From: an uncultured Clostridia bacterium | GTDB lineage: Bacteria > Bacillota > Clostridia > UBA1381 | NCBI GenBank assembly: GCA_905235885.1 | Contig: CAJONM010000130.1 | Span: 1-28,662, forward strand | DNA length: 28,662 nt | Reading direction: 5' to 3' | Part shown: piece by piece, positions 23,552 to 28,662 of the stretch | Layout of the letters: every line of letters begins with the position of its first letter | How positions within the stretch are numbered: the stretch's first letter is position 1 | Program-made: the position numbers and the translations under genes | Notes under the pieces: generated by a model | Database searches by the model: none | What the model saw: only the letters and a program-made list of their open reading frames with translations | What the model was told of the DNA's origin: nothing

Positions 23552-24850
23552 TTAGTCGTGCAGACGACGGTTGTCTATAACTCTCTTTGCCTTGCCCTCG
23601 CTGCGCTCTATTGATTTCGGGCGAAGCAGATGCACCTTTGCGCCTATGCCCAGCTGAGCGCGGAGCTGCGTTTCAAGTTTTCTCTTTTCAGAGTCGACAT
23701 CACCGCGGAAGCGCGGACTAAGCTCTACATTTATATCAAAGGTGTCTGTGTTGTTCACTCTGTCAACAACTATCTGATAGTTAGGCGATACTTCTATACT
23801 GTTTCTGAGCAGTACCTCCTCGATCTGTGACGGGAATACATTCACGCCGCGGATGATGAGCATATCGTCTGTTCTTCCTGCCGGCTTTCTCATTCTCACA
23901 TGAGTTCTGCCGCAAGAGCAGGTCTCATAATCAAGACGGCACAGATCGCGCGTTCTGTAGCGGAGAAGCGGCTGTCCCTCTTTTGTGATCGTGCTGAACA
24001 CAAGCTCGCCAAACGAGCCTTCCGGCAGCACTTCGCCCGTTTCGGGGTCTATTATCTCTGCTATGAACATATCCTCGCATATGTGCATACCGCTCTGAGC
24101 CGCGCATTCGTACGATACGCCCGGACCCATGATCTCGGTCAGACCGTAAACATCATAAGCCTTTAGACCCAAAGCGTCCTGTATCTGCCGGCGCATCTCC
24201 TCTGTCCACGGCTCCGCGCCGAATATGCCTGCCTGAAGCTTGAGCTGGTTTTTAACGCCCATTTCCTTGACTGTCTCGCCCAGATACATAGCGTATGAAG
24301 GCGTGCAGCAAAGATGCGTTGTGCCCAGATCGCACATAAACCTTATCTGACGCTCCGTATTGCCGGATGATGTCGGGATCACCATAGCGCCTATTTTCTC
24401 CGCACCCTGATGTGCGCCAAGACCGCCTGTAAACAAGCCGTAGCCGTATGATACCTGAACAATGGATTTATTGCTTGCACCGGCGGCGATAAGCTGACGC
24501 GCGAAGCCGTTGCTCCACTGGTCAAGATCGTTTCTGGTGTAGCCGGCGACAATTTGCTTTCCGGTCGTTCCGGATGATGCCTGTATTCTTACGATGTCTT
24601 TTTTATGTACCGCCAACAGCTGGAACGGATAGTAATCTCTCAGATCCTGCTTTGTTGTGAACGGCAGCTTGGATATATCCGAAAGCTCCTTGATGTCATC
24701 GGGATGGACCCCCATATCCTGCATACGCTCGCGGTACATTGGAACATTTTCATAGACTCTTTCGACCTGCCATTTCAGCTTTTCAAGCTGATTGGCGCGG
24801 ATCTCGTCGCGTGACATGGTCTCGATCTCTTGCTGAAAATATCTTTCCAT
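23552..24850 (-). CDS. paaK: Phenylacetate-CoA ligase family (AMP-forming)
   Basis: SSGTTGK P-loop, GYGLFTGGLG, GAEPW, YGLTE, RYRTRDL, GRTDDMLIIRGVNVFP and GKAKRVID. Confidence 0.92.
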   Translation of the reverse strand: MERYFQQEIETMSRDEIRANQLEKLKWQVERVYENVPMYRERMQDMGVHPDDIKELSDISKLPFTTKQDLRDYYPFQLLAVHKKDIVRIQASSGTTGKQIVAGYTRNDLDQWSNGFARQLIAAGASNKSIVQVSYGYGLFTGGLGAHQGAEKIGAMVIPTSSGNTERQIRFMCDLGTTHLCCTPSYAMYLGETVKEMGVKNQLKLQAGIFGAEPWTEEMRRQIQDALGLKAYDVYGLTEIMGPGVSYECAAQSGMHICEDMFIAEIIDPETGEVLPEGSFGELVFSTITKEGQPLLRYRTRDLCRLDYETCSCGRTHVRMRKPAGRTDDMLIIRGVNVFPSQIEEVLLRNSIEVSPNYQIVVDRVNNTDTFDINVELSPRFRGDVDSEKRKLETQLRAQLGIGAKVHLLRPKSIERSEGKAKRVIDNRRLHD

Positions 24851-24874
24851 TTAAAACATCTCCTTTTATATTAT

Positions 24875-25435
24875 TTACATATTATATCCAAGCTCAAACG
24901 CCTTCAGGTTTATGTCTAAGAACCGTTCGGGTACGGTTTCTTTGATCGTATCTATCCAGCTTTGTTTGGTTATATTTGTGCTTTTTGCGAGGATGCCTAT
25001 AAGAACGACATTTACCGATTTTACATTCCCCGCTTCAATCGCTGCCGACAGCGCATCCACCGCCAAAAGGTCGATCTTCGCCGCAAGCTTTTCCTCAATA
25101 TCCTCAGGATATTTTGCCGCGCCTGTTATGACGGGCATAGGATTTATTTTTTGAGTATTTGCGATCATTCTGCCGCCTTTTTTAAGGAACGGCAGCGCGC
25201 GCATCGCCTCAAGCATCTCGAACGCGAGGATTATATCCGCTTCACCCTTGTCTATGATGGGCGAATATACCTTATCGGCATACTTGACATATGTTACGAC
25301 GCTTCCGCCGCGTTGGCTCATGCCATGCACCTCGCTGACCTTAACATCATATCCCTCTTTTATGGCGACCTTGCCGATTATACGGCTTGCAAGGAGAGTT
25401 CCCTGACCGCCTACGCCTACGATCATAATATTCAT
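24875..25435 (-). CDS. iorB: Indolepyruvate:ferredoxin oxidoreductase beta subunit
   Basis: GVGGQGTLLAS, SEVHGMSQRGGSV and NLKAFELG. Confidence 0.94.
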   Translation of the reverse strand: MNIMIVGVGGQGTLLASRIIGKVAIKEGYDVKVSEVHGMSQRGGSVVTYVKYADKVYSPIIDKGEADIILAFEMLEAMRALPFLKKGGRMIANTQKINPMPVITGAAKYPEDIEEKLAAKIDLLAVDALSAAIEAGNVKSVNVVLIGILAKSTNITKQSWIDTIKETVPERFLDINLKAFELGYNM

Positions 25436-25439
25436 AGTA

Positions 25440-27179
25440 TCAGTCCTCCCTCTCTATCGCATGGAACGGACAGACATTTGTGCAAAGTCCGCAGCCGTTG
25501 CATTGCGTTGTGTCTATTTTTACGGTGTCGCCCTCGACCGAGATCGCCGGACAGCCCAGCTTCATACAAACCTTGCATTTTTTGCATTTGTCGGTTATCT
25601 TGCAGCTTCCGGAATATTTTTTACGCATATTCGGCAGGAGCGCACAAGGTCTTTGCGCGATTATTACCGACGGTGCCTCTCTTTCGACCTCTTCCTTTAC
25701 GACCTTTTCAAAGTTCTTTACATCGAACGGATCCGCCACTACAACATTCTCAATGCCTATTGATTTGCAAAGGGTTATGAGATTGACCTGCTTTGTCGGC
25801 TCCTTGCGGATCGTATAGCCGGTGGTGGGGTTGTCCTGATGCCCCGTCATACCCGTTATTGAGTTATCAAGGATTATGACGGTATTGTTGCCCTTGTTAT
25901 ATACTATATCGACAAGTCCGGTAATGCCTGAATGCATAAATGTCGAGTCACCGATGACGGATACGAGCTTTTTATTAAACTCCGCGCCTCTTGCCTTTGC
26001 CATACCGTGCGCCGCCGATACGGATGCGCCCATACATATGGTTGTGTCAACACTTTGCAGCGGCGGCGTTGCGCCGAGCGTGTAGCAGCCGATGTCGCCG
26101 GACACGATAAGTCCGAGCTTTTTGAGAACATAGAATGTGCCTCTGTGCGGACAGCCGGCGCACATTACCGGCGGACGGACGGGCGCAGGCTCGTCCATTG
26201 TGTCAAATTCGGGCATATCTGTGCCTAAAACCGCTTTCTTTATCATTGACGGAGTATATTCGCCCAAAAGCGTAAATACATCCTTGCCGATGACCGTTGC
26301 TCCGACGCTCTTTGCAAATTCTTCAATTATCGGATCAAGCTCTTCTATTACATATACTTTATCATACTTTGCCGCAAATTCTTTTATCTTCTTCTCCGGC
26401 AGCGGATAAACCACGCCCAATTTCAGATAATCGACCTTGCTGCCGAGAGCTTCCTTTGCGTATATGTATGAGATACCCGCGGCGATAACGCCTATTTTTG
26501 AGCCGTTTTCCTCAATGGAGTTGAGATCGGTCGTCTCGACCATTTCCTTTAGCGCGGCAATGCGCTCCTCTACGACAACATGGCGTTTTATTGCGTTGCC
26601 GGGCATCATAACATATTTTTGAGGCGCTCTTTCATAGTCCTTGAGCGGTACATCCTGCCGCTCGTTTTCCTCTACAAGGCTTTGTGAGTGCGAAACTCTT
26701 GTTGAAAGCCTGATAAATACGGGCGTGTCGAACTGCTCCGACAGCTCGTAAGCTTTTTTTGTATAATCTCTGCATTCGCCGCTGTCGGACGGTTCAAGCA
26801 TAAGTATCTTTGCCGCCTTTGCGTAATGGCGCGAATCCTGTTCGTTCTGTGACGAATGCATTCCCGGATCGTCGGCGACGCACAGTACCAGACCGGCGTT
26901 TACGCCCGTATAGCTTACCGTAAATACAGGGTCAGCCATAACATTGAGCCCGACATGCTTCATACATGACATTGCCCTCGCGCCGGCGATGGAAGCGCCT
27001 ATAGCCACCTCGCACGCCACCTTTTCGTTAGGCGCCCACTCAACATAAATATCATCGTATTTTACGATCGATTCCGTTATCTCGGTACTCGGCGTACCGG
27101 GATATGACGAAACGACCTTAACGCCGGCTTCATATGCGCCGCGCGCTATCGCGTCGTTTCCAAGCATCAGCTTTTTCAT
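25440..27179 (-). CDS. iorA: Indolepyruvate:ferredoxin oxidoreductase alpha subunit
   Basis: GNDAIARG, YPGTPSTE, MKHVGLNV, CAGCPHR, GDIGCY, TPP motif GDSTFMHSG...DN, and C-terminal ferredoxin motifs CKKCKVC and CNGCGLCTNVCP. Confidence 0.95.
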   Translation of the reverse strand: MKKLMLGNDAIARGAYEAGVKVVSSYPGTPSTEITESIVKYDDIYVEWAPNEKVACEVAIGASIAGARAMSCMKHVGLNVMADPVFTVSYTGVNAGLVLCVADDPGMHSSQNEQDSRHYAKAAKILMLEPSDSGECRDYTKKAYELSEQFDTPVFIRLSTRVSHSQSLVEENERQDVPLKDYERAPQKYVMMPGNAIKRHVVVEERIAALKEMVETTDLNSIEENGSKIGVIAAGISYIYAKEALGSKVDYLKLGVVYPLPEKKIKEFAAKYDKVYVIEELDPIIEEFAKSVGATVIGKDVFTLLGEYTPSMIKKAVLGTDMPEFDTMDEPAPVRPPVMCAGCPHRGTFYVLKKLGLIVSGDIGCYTLGATPPLQSVDTTICMGASVSAAHGMAKARGAEFNKKLVSVIGDSTFMHSGITGLVDIVYNKGNNTVIILDNSITGMTGHQDNPTTGYTIRKEPTKQVNLITLCKSIGIENVVVADPFDVKNFEKVVKEEVEREAPSVIIAQRPCALLPNMRKKYSGSCKITDKCKKCKVCMKLGCPAISVEGDTVKIDTTQCNGCGLCTNVCPFHAIERED

Positions 27180-27198
27180 AATACACTCTCCTTAAAAA

Positions 27199-27234
27199 AA
27201 CACCTAAAAGGGGGATAGCCATCCCCCTCAAAGG
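27199..27234 (-). terminator. Terminator-like hairpin between murA and iorA
   Basis: Core AGGGGGAT-GGCT-ATCCCCCT (27209-27228) followed by TTT. The stem extends imperfectly, and a T7 tract follows just before the iorA SD. Confidence 0.6.
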
Positions 27235-27235
27235 C

Positions 27236-28516
27236 TTAAATATAATCATCTTCTATAACCGATATACGCTCTATATCGCCGCCGAGCGCTACAAATTTCG
27301 TTTCAAATGTCTCATAGCCGCGGTCTATATGGTATATATCGTATATTTCCGTAACGCCGTCCGCCATAAGACCTGCGATTATCATTGCCGCTCCGGCTCT
27401 GAGGTCGGTTGCATTTACTCTTGCGCCTGTGAGCTTCGGAACACCGTCAATGATCGCAAGCTTGCCCTCAACGCGAATATTTGCGCCCATGCGCTTGAGC
27501 TGACCGGTATATCTGAACCTGTCGTCCCATACGCCCTCGCGCGCTGTGCTTGTGCCGGCGATAGTCGTGAGGAATGTTACGAGCTGCGGCTGCATATCGG
27601 TCGGGTATCCGGGATACGGGAGCGCGATAAAATTAATCCTTCTAAGTACCGCGTTCTCACGGACATATACTCTGACCGAATCTATGCCGTATTCTACGCT
27701 TACGCCTGCCTCGATAAGCTTTGAGCCTATTATTTCAAGGTGACGGGGGATAACATTATGCAGCGTAACATCTCCGCGCGTGGCGGCAGCGGCTATCATA
27801 AATGTCCCTGCCTCTATCTGATCGGGGATAATGGCATATGTTCCGCCGCGAAGCTGAGGAACTCCGTGTATGCGTATCGTATCCGTACCGGCGCCGCGTA
27901 TCTTTGCGCCGCAGGCGTTTAGGAAATTGGCAAGATCGACTACATGAGGCTCCTTTGCCGCGCTTTCTATAACTGTCGTACCCTCCGCCAGCGTCGCCGC
28001 AAGAATGGCGTTTACTGTCGCTCCGACGGAGACAATGTCAAAAAATATCCGAGTACCGACAAGATTTTCCGCCTCGGCGGTGACCATTCCGTGCGATGTA
28101 TCCACCTCTGCACCCAGAAGCCCGAAGCTTTTTATGTGCATATCTATAGGCCGCGTGCCGAAATCGCATCCGCCGGGCGTGTCAACGACAAATTTGCCGA
28201 ATCTGCCAAGAAGCGCGCCCATAAGGTAGCTTGAGCCGCGCATACGGCGCGTAAGCTGACTCTGCGGCCGGTATGAATTAACATTTGTGCAGTCTATCTC
28301 AACCGTATTTTTATCTATATATCTGACCTCCGCGCCCAGCTCGCGCAATATTTTAAGGTACAGCTTTACATCATTTATGTCCGGCAGATTTTCGATGCGG
28401 CATAAGCCGTTGATCAGAAGACACGCCGGAAGTATTGCAACGGCGGCATTTTTTGCGCCGCTTATCGTGACATCTCCACAAAGCTTATTTCCGCCCTTTA
28501 TAAGCAGCTTTTCCAC
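27236..28516 (-). CDS. murA: UDP-N-acetylglucosamine 1-carboxyvinyltransferase
   Basis: SGAKNAA, active-site PGGCDFGTRPID (Cys retained), SVGAT, AAKEPHV, PDQIEAGT, PGYPTDMQ and DLRAGAA. GTG start with SD AAGGAGGTG. Confidence 0.97.
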   Translation of the reverse strand: MEKLLIKGGNKLCGDVTISGAKNAAVAILPACLLINGLCRIENLPDINDVKLYLKILRELGAEVRYIDKNTVEIDCTNVNSYRPQSQLTRRMRGSSYLMGALLGRFGKFVVDTPGGCDFGTRPIDMHIKSFGLLGAEVDTSHGMVTAEAENLVGTRIFFDIVSVGATVNAILAATLAEGTTVIESAAKEPHVVDLANFLNACGAKIRGAGTDTIRIHGVPQLRGGTYAIIPDQIEAGTFMIAAAATRGDVTLHNVIPRHLEIIGSKLIEAGVSVEYGIDSVRVYVRENAVLRRINFIALPYPGYPTDMQPQLVTFLTTIAGTSTAREGVWDDRFRYTGQLKRMGANIRVEGKLAIIDGVPKLTGARVNATDLRAGAAMIIAGLMADGVTEIYDIYHIDRGYETFETKFVALGGDIERISVIEDDYI

Positions 28517-28573
28517 CGTAACACCTCCTTGTGTGCAAAGTCCAAACTTATCGATTGCAATAAACCGACTATA

Positions 28574-28602
28574 AGTATAACATAAAACAACGAAAAAAGC
28601 AA
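28574..28602 (-). promoter_or_regulatory. Sigma-A type promoter of murA
   Basis: Minus strand TTGCTT (28597-28602), 17-bp spacer, TATACT (28574-28579) with TGn extension. Confidence 0.75.
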
Positions 28603-28626
28603 GATTTTTTCGATATGTATGTAAAA

Positions 28627-28643
28627 TGTAATATTATTGTAAC
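28627..28643 (+). promoter_or_regulatory. Candidate WalR (YycF)/OmpR-family direct-repeat binding site
   Basis: TGTAAT-ATTAT-TGTAAC matches TGTWAH-N5-TGTWAH exactly. An extra half-site TGTAAA lies at 28620-28625. Confidence 0.5.
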
Positions 28644-28662
28644 AGAAAAAACAGTCTGCCGC

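Noticed and set aside
24962-25780. 272-aa plus-strand ORF spanning the iorB/iorA junction
   Set aside because: Antisense to two conserved genes, with atypical Cys/Arg-rich composition and no SD or motif.
1-28662. CRISPR arrays, IS elements, prophage, defence systems, tRNA and rRNA genes
   Set aside because: No regularly spaced repeats, transposase/integrase/nuclease motifs or structural-RNA signatures were seen. Gene density leaves only short intergenic gaps.

Overview
Chromosomal, mostly housekeeping region of an anaerobic Clostridia-type (Bacillota) bacterium. I see no transposase, integrase, phage gene, CRISPR array, tRNA or rRNA. Order: 5'-truncated pdxK (+); a yghZ-like aldo-keto reductase overlapping a PduQ-like Fe-alcohol dehydrogenase (-); a small monocistronic hypothetical gene (+); a gap-poor minus-strand run of a 1637-aa secreted double-GH43 enzyme, hisH, hisF, two membrane proteins and a GltD/NfnB-like flavoprotein; rpsB-tsf with a t44/S2-type leader; rluA-like and rsmA; a divergent type IIA topoisomerase B/A pair without a GyrA-box, followed by Si-citrate synthase and tagA-like (+); and a minus-strand run murA-iorA-iorB-paaK-walJ(yycJ)-rlmH. 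The best candidates for new biology are the giant GH43 protein (an unassigned ~80-aa C-terminal module that may be a surface-sorting or docking tag, a candidate new binding module, and a tandem palindromic operator upstream), an exact WalR-type box upstream of the murA...walJ run, and the divergent topoisomerase pair. All assignments rest on motif recognition by eye; no database searches were run.
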